DNA of 64,000 bases from a virus: positions 1 through 64,000 of IMG/VR virus record IMGVR_UViG_3300033149_006574. One strand, 5' to 3'. How positions within the stretch are numbered: the first letter of the stretch is position 1; every line of letters begins with the position of its first letter. A program made the translations under genes and the position numbers. Below the pieces are notes generated by a model. It did not search any database, was not told the DNA's origin, and saw only the letters and a program-made list of their open reading frames with translations. Positions 19,962 through 29,826 of this stretch are shown piece by piece.

Positions 19962-20426
19962 ATGCCAAACCATTGTGAGAATGTGCTATTTGTCTCGTGC
20001 AAAGAAAAAGACAAGGATGAACTTCTTAGGTTCAGGGAATTTGCGAAAGGTGAATGTCCCTGGAAAGAAAAAGATGAAGAACCGATTAAAGAAGAATTTT
20101 GTTGTAACAAATTTGTTCCAGTTCCAAAGAAAGTAATTAGACAGGGTTTTGATAAAGCCGGTTATGATTGGTGTGTTGCAAATTGGGGTACAAAATGGGG
20201 AGCATATGATATACAAGTATTCGTTTCCCCATTTATTTTAAAATATATGTTTTCTACCGCCTGGGGTCCATTCTCAGAAGACTTTATGATTAAAATGAGC
20301 AAAAAATTTCCCGCATTGGAATTTGTGCTTATGTATAGAGAACCTGGAGTAGGTTTTAGTGGATCAATGTTCGTAAAGACCGGAGAAATGATTGATAGCC
20401 ATTTTCGTGATTGGGTGAACAGTTGA
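19962..20426 (+). CDS. DUF1281/YubB ferredoxin-like protein
   Basis: MPNHCEN, YDWCVANWGTKW, FSTAWGP, YREPG.GF.G. Confidence 0.75.
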   Translation: MPNHCENVLFVSCKEKDKDELLRFREFAKGECPWKEKDEEPIKEEFCCNKFVPVPKKVIRQGFDKAGYDWCVANWGTKWGAYDIQVFVSPFILKYMFSTAWGPFSEDFMIKMSKKFPALEFVLMYREPGVGFSGSMFVKTGEMIDSHFRDWVNS

Positions 20427-20454
20427 AAAAAAGGAAACAGTTGAAGAAAAGGAG

Positions 20455-20694
20455 GTGATCAAAAAAATGGAATCTATGCTAAAGGATCAAAAGAAATCTA
20501 TATTAAAAAGTACTTTTATTAACATTCTTATGAAAGCATCTTTTGTATTGAAAACACCATTAGAGCTTTTACAACTAGAAGTAAAATACGATTACGACAC
20601 TGATAAAATGGAATATACATTTTATGATAATACGACCAATCAGATGCTCTTGCACATTCACGGGTTAGAAGAATTAGAAAAAGCGGAGGCGTAA
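20455..20694 (+). CDS. Hypothetical protein
   Basis: ORF with SD in the early operon. Confidence 0.5.
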   Translation: MIKKMESMLKDQKKSILKSTFINILMKASFVLKTPLELLQLEVKYDYDTDKMEYTFYDNTTNQMLLHIHGLEELEKAEA

Positions 20695-21082
20695 AATGAA
20701 ATCCGAAAAGATTGAAGTTTCCACCGCCGGAATGTTGAAATTAGCAATGTATAACGAAAAAGAATTTGATAGATTCAACTCTCTCATAGACCAGGGAAAA
20801 ATTACCGAAGCAGTAAATCTGATAAATTCCCTTTATCCTGAGCCTGATCCTATAAAATAACTATGAAAAAAATACAGAATAAAAATAATTGGCATTTCGT
20901 GAGAATTCCAGGAGGTTATCAGCCATTTCGTGCAAAACGGGTCCTTTTTTGGATTTTCCTATCAAATGGTGAGAATAAAATAATATTTGCTCCATTTAAA
21001 AAATCTTTTCGGAAAGTGGGAGAACATAGTGAAGTAATTTACATTTGAGAAAAAGGGACTGAAATAGAATAGGAGGCTGAAA

Positions 21083-21407
21083 ATGAGCTATGATATTTAT
21101 TTGAAAGATAAAGATGGAAATAATTTTGCCTTAGAAGTTCCCTTGGAAGAGGGCGGAATTCAGCTAGTGGGTGGAAACATTGATACCTGGCTCACAATAT
21201 CTGGATAAAAAGAAGGGAATCCGGTGGTTATATGGGAGAAAGGCAAAAGATTGTATTAAAAGATTGGAAAAAGCAATTGAACCGTTTAAAGATGCTCCGA
21301 CTTATAAGGACTATTGGGCGCCAACCCCTGGAAATTGCGTTAAACCTTTAAAAATTTTCTTAGAATGGTGTAAAAAATATCCCGAAGGGGTTTTTACAGG
21401 AGATTGA
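21083..21407 (+). pseudogene. Frameshifted conserved phage hypothetical gene
   Basis: AGGAGG-ATG 21083 MSYDIYL...GG...DTWL stops at 21208; the continuation QYLDKKKGIRWLYG...DYWAPTPGN is in the +1 frame. Confidence 0.6.
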
Positions 21408-21482
21408 GAAAAAAAGGAATCCTTAGATTAACATTTCGCTTATCAAAAAATTTTCTGGATTTCTAAGAAAAAGGAGAGCAAA

Positions 21483-21773
21483 ATGAAAAGAACAATCAGA
21501 GAATGGATGAAAAGAAAGCCATCGCAAAAGGAAATTAAAAAAAATGAAAGATTCATTGAGGATATCAGGAACACTGTTCAGGCTTTTCTGCCTGAAAGTG
21601 AACAATGGAAGATGTCGGCCTTCAAAAATCAGGCTGGATTCCTTGACTACGAAGGGAATCCAGAACTTGATTGGGAAAATTGCACTCTCAACAATTGGCA
21701 ATTGCTTTGGGCTGCTGGTATAGAGGATGATGACAATTATATCTTGAGCGAAAATGAAGGATATCTAATTTGA
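21483..21773 (+). CDS. Hypothetical protein
   Basis: ORF with SD. Confidence 0.55.
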   Translation: MKRTIREWMKRKPSQKEIKKNERFIEDIRNTVQAFLPESEQWKMSAFKNQAGFLDYEGNPELDWENCTLNNWQLLWAAGIEDDDNYILSENEGYLI

Positions 21774-22138
21774 GAAAAAGGAGGAGAAAAATGACAAAAA
21801 CGTGTGAAGAAAGAATCGATGAAGAGTTAGAATCTAGGCTTAAGGATTTTAAATTAGCATTGGACGGGAAATATGGGGAGGCGCTTGGTGATAAAGATAT
21901 GGAGATTGAAGATTTTCTTGATTTTATCAATAATTATGCACTTGCCTATGACGATGATGCTCATTATCGGGCAAAGAGACTGGAACTGTCCTGGGGCGGA
22001 CCACAGGATTATTTCTTATTCTTTGAAGATGGGATAATCGAATATCATTTCTTGCACTGGTTCGATGGAGCAAAAAGAACGCTAGAAGGAGAGAATTATA
22101 AAATTATGGCGGAAGTCAGGGACCGCCTTTCGTTTTAA
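21770..22138 (+). CDS. Conserved phage hypothetical protein (LSWGGP motif)
   Basis: RLELSWGGPQD...EYHFLHWFDGA; probable start ATG 21791. Confidence 0.65.
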   Translation: MRKRRRKMTKTCEERIDEELESRLKDFKLALDGKYGEALGDKDMEIEDFLDFINNYALAYDDDAHYRAKRLELSWGGPQDYFLFFEDGIIEYHFLHWFDGAKRTLEGENYKIMAEVRDRLSF

Positions 22139-22143
22139 ATTAT

Positions 22144-22285
22144 GGCTGGTTGTGGCAAAGACCAAATGTATGTGCCAATTAGAACGAATGGCAGATGCGA
22201 TGCCAATAATCCTGCTGGCGAAAGCGCCGAGTAGGTGAGGATGTAGCAATTCGTTTAGTGGGTGAAAATCCTGCCGGCCAGCCCA
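22144..22285 (+). ncRNA. Second tRNA-like structured RNA (~140 nt)
   Basis: Closing stem GGCTGGTTG/CGGCCAGCC, T-arm-like GTGGG-TGAAAAT-CCTGC, and stems TGGCA/TGCCA (x2), AACGAAT/ATTCGTT, CCTGCT-GGCG-AAAG-CGCC-G-AGTAGG. Confidence 0.6.
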
Positions 22286-22314
22286 CAAAATTTTAAAAAA
22301 AGGAGGTTAAAGGG

Positions 22315-22854
22315 ATGAATAATTATCTGAAAATTAATATGAAATCTAAGATTTTGCCGGAATATGCGGAAAAACTTGAGGATGAATTATTAAAGTTCTT
22401 CACTGAGAAGGATATAATAGTTGATATATTTGATAGTGTAACCGGTAATAATACACAAAATTACAACAAAGCCAGAAATAAAAGAGCGCAATTTACAACG
22501 GGGTATATTGAAAAATGGCTTGGAACAAGATTTACAAGCTCCTATTATTCAACGAAACAGTGGGAATCTTTCCTCAAAGATTTTAAACATGCCATAAAAA
22601 ATTCCCTTCCCGAAGGTTCCCGCCTGGTTAACTGGTTAAAAGGACATTTTGAGGTATCTGGTTTCATTGTCCGGAATAATAAATATGTCTATTTTTCAAT
22701 ATCAGATGTAAGATACTGGCAAGATGAATGGTATCATAAAATTTTAATCCGCACTGCAAGCGGACCAGAAGATTATATGGGTGGTTCAAATAATTATACC
22801 GACCTTCCGCATTTTAAAGGGAATGTGGAAAAATTATTAGAGAGGGGTGAATAA
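22315..22854 (+). CDS. Hypothetical protein
   Basis: GHFEVSGF...YVYFSISDVR...ILIRTA...DY.GGSN motif. Confidence 0.65.
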   Translation: MNNYLKINMKSKILPEYAEKLEDELLKFFTEKDIIVDIFDSVTGNNTQNYNKARNKRAQFTTGYIEKWLGTRFTSSYYSTKQWESFLKDFKHAIKNSLPEGSRLVNWLKGHFEVSGFIVRNNKYVYFSISDVRYWQDEWYHKILIRTASGPEDYMGGSNNYTDLPHFKGNVEKLLERGE

Positions 22855-22857
22855 AAA

Positions 22858-23025
22858 ATGAGAGAATGTAATTACATTATAGGTTTTGAAAACGATGGGA
22901 GAGCCATTTATGGTAATGATGGGTTTAATTGGATATGTTCATTTACTCTTGCTCAGGCAAAACAAAAAATAAAAGAGATTCCCCGTAAAGATGTGAAAAT
23001 TTATAAACTTGTAGAGGTAAAATAA
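22858..23025 (+). CDS. Small protein, paralog of 46915-47094
   Basis: Hand translation: MRECNYIIGF...TLAQAKQKIK...KIYKLVEVK (55 aa). Confidence 0.65.
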   Translation: MRECNYIIGFENDGRAIYGNDGFNWICSFTLAQAKQKIKEIPRKDVKIYKLVEVK

Positions 23026-23177
23026 TTTAGATTTGATGACAATAAAGGGAGGAATAATGAAGAGAATGACAAAGATATGGTTTAAAATTATAAATGTCCT
23101 TATTTATATTTTAGTTTTTGCGGGAGTACTTTTAATATTTTTACTAGCATTTTGAACTCTGAGGAGGATTTAAAAAA

Positions 23178-23504
23178 ATGACCAAACAAGAAGCAATTGA
23201 CAGGAGCATCGCCCACTGGGAAAGAATGATAAGATGGGTAGAAAAACAACCGAAAAAAGAAGAAGTAGATATTTATTCGATGGTAGATGAAATTGATGAA
23301 GGCACAGGATCAATGGACTGCCCGCTTTGTAAAAAATATCAATGTAAATGTGATAAATGTCCGCTTGGGAAAGAATTTGGTTATTGCATTGACCAAGAAT
23401 CAGTTAATGCTTATTATGAAACATATCTCTCAGAAACTTGGGATGAATGGCTTAGAAATGCAAGAATTTTATTAAAGCAATTAAAATCGTTACGGGAGGA
23501 ATAA
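23178..23504 (+). CDS. Cys-rich hypothetical protein
   Basis: SIAHWE...DCPLC...C.CDKCPL...C. Confidence 0.65.
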   Translation: MTKQEAIDRSIAHWERMIRWVEKQPKKEEVDIYSMVDEIDEGTGSMDCPLCKKYQCKCDKCPLGKEFGYCIDQESVNAYYETYLSETWDEWLRNARILLKQLKSLREE

Positions 23505-23909
23505 AAAATGTTTACCCTGACAAAAGAACAATGTTTATCAAGATTTAGAGTTATTTGGCAGAATTATTCGCAAGAAGAACAGAAAAAAATATTGATTGAA
23601 GATTTAATTGAGCTAGCTTATAAATCAGGATACCATGACGGATGGTATGACGCCTCTAAAAATAAATGAAAGCATATTTAACCTCAATAACAAATGGAAC
23701 AATTTTAATAGGGAACACGCTTTATTGTCTGCCCCTTCGCACTCAATGTCCAGGAAAAAGAGAAGGGCTAAGAAGATATCCCTGGGTAGCGGTAAAGGAG
23801 AACAGTTGGGCATCCGCCTGGAAGGCAAAAGAAAAATTGATAGAAAAATATAAGTGCATATTGGGAAGAAAATTTAAATTATCAGATTTATGGAAGGAGG
23901 TGAAGGAAA

Positions 23910-24152
23910 ATGAAGGTCATTAAGTTTTGCGCCATTGGTTCTAATTGGTCTTTAGGCCAACAACTAGGACTTGGTCGGCAAGAGAGATGTTGGGCAGTGG
24001 AAATTGAATCCCCCTCACCGGGAGCATTAGAAATAACGGAAAAGAAGCCTGGGGTCTATGGGCTTATCAGAAAATATTATCGGCGTTTTGATTCTTATCA
24101 AGATGCTGAAAAGTTCTGCAAGGAGGAGAATAAAAAAGATGAACAAAAATGA
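23910..24152 (+). CDS. Hypothetical protein
   Basis: ORF with SD. Confidence 0.5.
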   Translation: MKVIKFCAIGSNWSLGQQLGLGRQERCWAVEIESPSPGALEITEKKPGVYGLIRKYYRRFDSYQDAEKFCKEENKKDEQK

Positions 24153-24558
24153 GGACTTAGTTAGAGAATTTCAAGAAATGGCGGAAGGAATAAAGCACCA
24201 GAATAGAGACATAGAACACGCCATTAAATATGGCATTGCACTCTGCATTGATAAGGTGCAAAATAAAAATGGAAAGGGGGTGAATAAGATGAACGAAGGA
24301 ATCAGGTATATCCCGGGAACAGAAGAGGGACATCACTATCTGGTAGTCTTCGACAATGGTTCTTATACCATAGGGATAAGAGCATTGGGAGGCCCGGATT
24401 ACAGAGTAAGAATTATTGCGAATGAGGATGGCGAAGGGAATGTTGCAGACCTCTCCTGCATCGGCGATTTCACTCTTAAGGGGGATCATATTTCAGCTGT
24501 GTGTAGTGATGTAGTTCGAGGGATTGAAACTGCAGCGGAGATCATTGGTGCAAAATAA
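24058..24558 (+). CDS. Hypothetical protein (internal starts likely near 24139 and 24289)
   Basis: Two SD-ATG sites in the same frame. Confidence 0.5.
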   Translation: MGLSENIIGVLILIKMLKSSARRRIKKMNKNEDLVREFQEMAEGIKHQNRDIEHAIKYGIALCIDKVQNKNGKGVNKMNEGIRYIPGTEEGHHYLVVFDNGSYTIGIRALGGPDYRVRIIANEDGEGNVADLSCIGDFTLKGDHISAVCSDVVRGIETAAEIIGAK

Positions 24559-24649
24559 ACATCAGAGATGATAACAATCAGATGGGAAAAAATCCGGAGG
24601 CAGTGGGATTTAAAAAAGTCCTCTCTGCCTCCGGTGGAGGTTTTAGAAA

Positions 24650-26011
24650 ATGGAAACAGGTCGAAAATTAGTAAAAATAGCGAATTTGATCCTCACATAT
24701 GAGGAATTTCGAATACCTAAGAAAATAGTTGCAGAAAATTTCATTATAAAGAAAAAGGACTTTGGGTGCATTGTTTACAAATTAAATGGTAGAAAACCTT
24801 TTATCGATATAATCATAAGTAGGACTAAGATACCGGAAGGATTTAAAGCAATAATAAAAGGTTATTTGAATTCAAAAAGTTCTGCTTATAAGGAATTTCT
24901 CGTAAAGCAATATCTTTTCGGTCTTAAAAAGAACAGTCCTCTTTTTAATCCAACAGCAGAAGTTCTTCTAAGTAAGCCCTTTTCAGAAATACTAGAAAAA
25001 GAATTTATTTTTTATGTAGTACAAAGAAAGCCGTGCCTTCTTGCCAAAAAGCCCCTTCTGAGGATTAAAAATTCAGCTCGTCCTGCCTGGATATTTTATC
25101 CCTCATCAAGAATATATATTAAATGGCCACCAATTAGCATTCAGAAATTGGCAAGAATGAAATATTTCCCATCGATAAAAATAGCAGGTTCAATGGTAGC
25201 AGTTCCTATAGGAATGGGAATAAAACTTTTAAAAGATAAAAGTATTCATATTGAGGAGAAGAAAGGAGAATTTTATCTTGTACCCGAAGATATTTTTAAA
25301 AGAATGGAAAATAATGATTCCTTTAAGACAATTTTAAATTTGCTTAAAGAATCTAGAACGGTAGACTTAACTTTCCTATGTGCAAAATACTATTTACTCG
25401 ATTATATTTTAACGATAGCAGATAGATTTGACATTGATACATTTGAAGAAAGGGCTGAATTTGGGGAACTACAGAATTTTTTATTAGACCTTTTTATAGA
25501 ATATATAGCATTTGCTTGTTATAGTGAATTAAAGCACAGCAGAAAAAAAATAGCAGAATCCTGGAGGATAAAACAAATACTAAATAAAAAAGAGTTAAAA
25601 TTATTTAATTGTATACCGATAGATGATGTGCCATCTCAGCGTTCTTTTAGGCTTATTAAATTATTAATAAATTTCCCTGTTGATAATAAAATACCCGATA
25701 TTTTGAAAATGGCTAAGAAATTGTTCTCTTTGCGCTGGGAGAGAGGTTATGGTGGAGAAAAATGGAAAATAATTGCAGATATAGGTTTAAAATATGTTAA
25801 TGAGGACATTAATAAATCTGTTTTTATAGATACCGTATGGAACATTCAGCATAATAACGGAACATTTTTCGATAAGGGAAGGGAATTTTTATACTATGGT
25901 CATGTACGTGATATATTAGATGCGAAAAATGAGGGTGAATGGGAAATATTATTATCGAAATGTCCGCAACTTGCAAAAAAATTATGGGAGGTAAAAAGAT
26001 ATGACAGATAA
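24650..26011 (+). CDS. Hypothetical protein with C-terminal YGG..W / QHNNG..DK domain
   Basis: WERGYGGEKWKIIA...FIDTVWNIQHNNGTFFDKG. Confidence 0.7.
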   Translation: METGRKLVKIANLILTYEEFRIPKKIVAENFIIKKKDFGCIVYKLNGRKPFIDIIISRTKIPEGFKAIIKGYLNSKSSAYKEFLVKQYLFGLKKNSPLFNPTAEVLLSKPFSEILEKEFIFYVVQRKPCLLAKKPLLRIKNSARPAWIFYPSSRIYIKWPPISIQKLARMKYFPSIKIAGSMVAVPIGMGIKLLKDKSIHIEEKKGEFYLVPEDIFKRMENNDSFKTILNLLKESRTVDLTFLCAKYYLLDYILTIADRFDIDTFEERAEFGELQNFLLDLFIEYIAFACYSELKHSRKKIAESWRIKQILNKKELKLFNCIPIDDVPSQRSFRLIKLLINFPVDNKIPDILKMAKKLFSLRWERGYGGEKWKIIADIGLKYVNEDINKSVFIDTVWNIQHNNGTFFDKGREFLYYGHVRDILDAKNEGEWEILLSKCPQLAKKLWEVKRYDR

Positions 26012-26795
26012 ACAGAATGAAAAGAAGACAGAAAAAACAGAAAAAATATCAAACAGCAATTTTTATACCGGAGGCTTTTATAATATTGGAAGGTTCTGTG
26101 ACCATAAGCCATTATTAGATGGTTTATTGTTTTGTGGCAGTAAAGCAGAAGCTGAGGAATATTATCGGAAAAATCAGGATGTTAAATTATGGGTTTCATT
26201 AAATGAAAATCCTCAGAAAAATTTACCTTTTGATTCTGAAAATAAATTATTTGCACAAAGAGCTAGAATAATTTACTATCCTATAGAGGATAGAGGGGTT
26301 CCTGTTTATGAAGGATTCTCTTCCTTAATAGATTTGATTTTGGAATATTTAAATAATAAGAAAAAAGTAATAATAAATTGTTTTGGAGGTCATGGGAGGA
26401 CAGGGCTTGTCTTGTGCTGTGTAATGGGCAAACTTAAGCCCGAAATATCAGATATTATAAAATATTGTAGAGACATTTATTGTAAACAAATTATTGAATC
26501 ACTTAAACAGGCAGAATTTGTGTTCAAATTCTTAAACAAGAAGTTACCACAAAAATATGTTGAGGAATTTGATATATCCTGGCCACCAAAAACAAAGCAG
26601 ACCTTTTTTCTTACCGAAAAAGATAAAAAGCAAAAAGAGGATACTATTTCCGAAAATGAGCAAGATGATGAGTATTTCCCTTATTTGAATTGTGGAATCT
26701 GTGGGCGCAGGGGAAATCTTAAGTATGAGCCTAGTCTCCAGATGTATCTATGTAGAAAATGTAGAAGGAGATATTATGCTACAGGGAAAATATAA
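26001..26795 (+). CDS. Protein-tyrosine/dual-specificity phosphatase-like protein
   Basis: PIED.G.P loop and CFGGHGRTG (CX5R) active site; C-terminal Zn ribbon. Confidence 0.85.
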   Translation: MTDKQNEKKTEKTEKISNSNFYTGGFYNIGRFCDHKPLLDGLLFCGSKAEAEEYYRKNQDVKLWVSLNENPQKNLPFDSENKLFAQRARIIYYPIEDRGVPVYEGFSSLIDLILEYLNNKKKVIINCFGGHGRTGLVLCCVMGKLKPEISDIIKYCRDIYCKQIIESLKQAEFVFKFLNKKLPQKYVEEFDISWPPKTKQTFFLTEKDKKQKEDTISENEQDDEYFPYLNCGICGRRGNLKYEPSLQMYLCRKCRRRYYATGKI

Positions 26796-26817
26796 AAAGG
26801 AAAGGCGGTGAAAAGGA

Positions 26818-27051
26818 ATGGATGGTGATGTTAAATCGATTGAAAAAACTTGCATCAGAGAATTTTATTCCGTTGAGATTGAAAACGGAAATGATAATGC
26901 TGAAATAGTAGTGGAATGTTGGGCAGTTGCTGAGGATAATTGGCTCCCGGAATGGGAGATTGACTATCTGGATTGCCCGGAAGATTTAAAACAAAAAATA
27001 GATAAAGATAAAGTAATAGACCTGGTAAAAGACTGGCGTGGGGAGAAATAA
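26818..27051 (+). CDS. Acidic hypothetical protein
   Basis: ORF with SD. Confidence 0.5.
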   Translation: MDGDVKSIEKTCIREFYSVEIENGNDNAEIVVECWAVAEDNWLPEWEIDYLDCPEDLKQKIDKDKVIDLVKDWRGEK

Positions 27052-27238
27052 GAATGAATAGAGCGTGGTGTGATAAATGTATTAACATGACAGGTGGTCT
27101 ACGAAGGGTGCAATTTCGTAGATTAGGCAAATCAAATGGCTCTTATTTTTACAAAACGGTACAGCGTATTTGCAAACGTTGCAGAAAAAAATATTTTGGA
27201 TCTTGGAGGTATGCAAGAGAAGATGAAAGGAGGCAAAA

Positions 27239-27832
27239 ATGAGCACAAGAGGATGTGTAGCAATCAAAAAAGGGGAAGGCTTTTGTGGAGTTTACAATCA
27301 TTTCGACTCATATCCTACCGGATTAGGATATGAACTTTGGCAAAAGTTGCAGGAGTTGAAAAAGAATGGGACATTGAATCAATTTCCACAAAATCTACTA
27401 GCATTTGATGACTGGAAAAATTATTTAAATGGTGGAATATGCCCATATTGTGGGAAAAAGGGATTTGGACAAGCCCATTCCATTGATGGTAAATTATTTG
27501 GGGATTTAGATAAAGAAATTCTGAATAATGTAAAAAGAACGGGTTTTCCTGATCCTGATTCAAAGTATCATTCTCATGGAGAATTAACAGATAAAATAAC
27601 ATCAGAGAATTGCGATCCATTATTTATAGAATGGGTATATGTAGTGGAAGTTAAAAAACATCGAATGGACATCTTATGCTCTACTAGGGATACAGGTTGG
27701 CATGAAGAGGATCTGGGAAATGGCCAAACATTTAGAACACCTAATTATAAGCATGTATTGGTCACTACAATAGATTTGAATGGAAAGGAACCTAATTGGA
27801 AAAAGATAGAAGAAATGAGAGCAAAACTATAA
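27239..27832 (+). CDS. Conserved phage hypothetical protein (MSTRG...YNHFDSYP...EWVY)
   Basis: Motifs typical of a widespread early phage family. Confidence 0.7.
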   Translation: MSTRGCVAIKKGEGFCGVYNHFDSYPTGLGYELWQKLQELKKNGTLNQFPQNLLAFDDWKNYLNGGICPYCGKKGFGQAHSIDGKLFGDLDKEILNNVKRTGFPDPDSKYHSHGELTDKITSENCDPLFIEWVYVVEVKKHRMDILCSTRDTGWHEEDLGNGQTFRTPNYKHVLVTTIDLNGKEPNWKKIEEMRAKL

Positions 27833-27863
27833 AAACATTTTTCTTAAAAAAAGGGAGGGCAAA

Positions 27864-28406
27864 ATGCACATATTGATTAGAGCAATTGTCTACGGGAAAG
27901 ATAAAGAGGAAGGACTTGAACAGGCGAGAAGTATATTTGAGGGATTGTGTGAATATCAGCACCCATTTGATTATTATTCAATGTTCGACGAAGAAAATTT
28001 TGGTAAATGGGCAAAAGGCCGATGGGGAAATTTACCAGCGATTACTTTAGCCAAAAGTAAAAAAGGGAAGGAATTAATCCGGGAAGGAATGAATTTAACT
28101 AAAAAATTTTTTATGCAGTATATTAAAAAAGTAAGAAAAATATTAGATGAATGCAAAAACGATGAGGAGCTATTTGAACAGAGATATGTAAATATAGATA
28201 AAGATATCAGATGGAATTGTTATCCATTAGGAGAAAACCGGGGGCCATTTACATATCTTTATGATAATGATGGGGAAGGAATAAAAACTCCATCCCATTT
28301 GAGAGATGTATTGAATAAATGGAAAAGCATATATGAGGGAAAAGGAAAAAGCAATCCATATAAGGACAAAAAGATATGGGTTGTTCCGGCTGACATGCAT
28401 TTTTAG
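27864..28406 (+). CDS. Conserved hypothetical protein (FDYY...VVPADMH)
   Basis: N-terminal MH, PFDYY and C-terminal DxH motifs. Confidence 0.65.
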   Translation: MHILIRAIVYGKDKEEGLEQARSIFEGLCEYQHPFDYYSMFDEENFGKWAKGRWGNLPAITLAKSKKGKELIREGMNLTKKFFMQYIKKVRKILDECKNDEELFEQRYVNIDKDIRWNCYPLGENRGPFTYLYDNDGEGIKTPSHLRDVLNKWKSIYEGKGKSNPYKDKKIWVVPADMHF

Positions 28407-28415
28407 AGGGGAGGG

Positions 28416-28754
28416 ATGGAGCAGGCGCTATGTGATGAATCATGCGGAGCAGGGCTGACGCACATAAACCGATGCAAAACATGCCTCCCCGATTATAAAA
28501 AAGGAGGAACCGTGGAAAAGAAAAACGAATATCGGGAGCTAATGGTAAAATTCTTAGGAGATTTATTTAAGATATTTAATAGTCAATCTCCTAAGAATGA
28601 AGAAGAATCAAAAAAAGCAATTATGGAATATCTCCGTTCTCTTGAAGTAATGCTTCTATTAGCCTTACCTCATTCAGATATGATAAGAATGCTAATAGAG
28701 GATCTGCGAATAATAATTGAAAGCAGGGAAAAAGATAAGAAAAAAATTAATTAA
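28416..28754 (+). CDS. Helical hypothetical protein (probable start GTG 28512)
   Basis: AGGAGG before GTG. Confidence 0.5.
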   Translation: MEQALCDESCGAGLTHINRCKTCLPDYKKGGTVEKKNEYRELMVKFLGDLFKIFNSQSPKNEEESKKAIMEYLRSLEVMLLLALPHSDMIRMLIEDLRIIIESREKDKKKIN

Positions 28755-28773
28755 ATAAGGAGCTTATAGGAAG

Positions 28774-29097
28774 ATGAATAAATGGATAATGATGGGAGAA
28801 GTAAAATGGTTTTTAATGTGGAATGAAATTTTATCTAGTAATCCGCATCTAATAAACCAAAAAGAAAGATTAGAGAAAATGCTGTTACAGATTAAAAATA
28901 TTAGAAAGGAAATGGTATTCATTATATCCTCTCTCCCAAAAGAAAATGGATATAAGATATTATTATCAATAATTATGAGCATTTGTGTAGCATTTATTTC
29001 AATTTTACCCCCAAGCACAGAAAGAACTAACCTAATAACTGGGATAATCAAACTCTTGGACAAAATAGATAGACCGGAAGATGGAGAAGATGAATGA
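28774..29097 (+). CDS. Helical hypothetical protein
   Basis: ORF in the operon. Confidence 0.5.
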   Translation: MNKWIMMGEVKWFLMWNEILSSNPHLINQKERLEKMLLQIKNIRKEMVFIISSLPKENGYKILLSIIMSICVAFISILPPSTERTNLITGIIKLLDKIDRPEDGEDE

Positions 29098-29360
29098 CTA
29101 AAGCTGCAGTAATAAAAATGGCTCTAGAATGTTTTGTAAGAAGAGCTAATTTGCATAATTCTATAAGATTTAAATGCAAATTTTCAAATTTAGAAGTAGC
29201 ATTTACAAAAGATGTCCCTGAAGATATAAAGAGGGATGTTTATAGTTTATTCAACGAAATTGTTCTTTCGATTGGTGAAGAAGATAAATATGGGAAAATT
29301 AAATTAATTGAATCTCCCATGTCTGTAGTATCAAGAGATAAAAGCCTATGGGATAAGTAA
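29094..29360 (+). CDS. Hypothetical protein
   Basis: ATGA-coupled to the previous ORF. Confidence 0.5.
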   Translation: MTKAAVIKMALECFVRRANLHNSIRFKCKFSNLEVAFTKDVPEDIKRDVYSLFNEIVLSIGEEDKYGKIKLIESPMSVVSRDKSLWDK

Positions 29361-29375
29361 AAAAGGAGGAAAAAA

Positions 29376-29558
29376 ATGATATATACTGCGAAATGTCCAA
29401 ATTGTGGAAAAATTATTGAGGTTTGTCAATCGGATTATCTAGGTTATCCGGTATTTGACGAAAACTCACGCATTGATACATTTTCCTGCCCTAAATGTGG
29501 AACGAGATTGATTACAGAAGTTAATATTAAATTAAAGGAGGTGGGGAAAGAATGTTGA
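29376..29558 (+). CDS. Zn-ribbon protein
   Basis: CPNCG...CPKCG; SD AGGAGG. Confidence 0.65.
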   Translation: MIYTAKCPNCGKIIEVCQSDYLGYPVFDENSRIDTFSCPKCGTRLITEVNIKLKEVGKEC

Positions 29559-29821
29559 TATTTGGTGTTTATTCTAATGGCGAAGAGTTTGGAATATCAG
29601 ATGGGAAGAACATATTTTGGTTGTTTGAAGGCCAAAATTTTCTGGATGAGGATGTAGATCTGAATCAGGGAAAATCTTTTTTAACACCATTTGTTGTGTC
29701 AACGCACGGCAAAGATAAAGTAAGAGTTAAAGATGGCAAGAAGATAATTGCAGAATATAATGTAGCCCCAGATGTTGTTAATTCGTTGATTAAAATGAAA
29801 AAGAAGTTGACGGGCATTTAA
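29552..29821 (+). CDS. Hypothetical protein
   Basis: ORF with SD. Confidence 0.5.
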   Translation: MLIFGVYSNGEEFGISDGKNIFWLFEGQNFLDEDVDLNQGKSFLTPFVVSTHGKDKVRVKDGKKIIAEYNVAPDVVNSLIKMKKKLTGI

Positions 29822-29826
29822 AAGAA

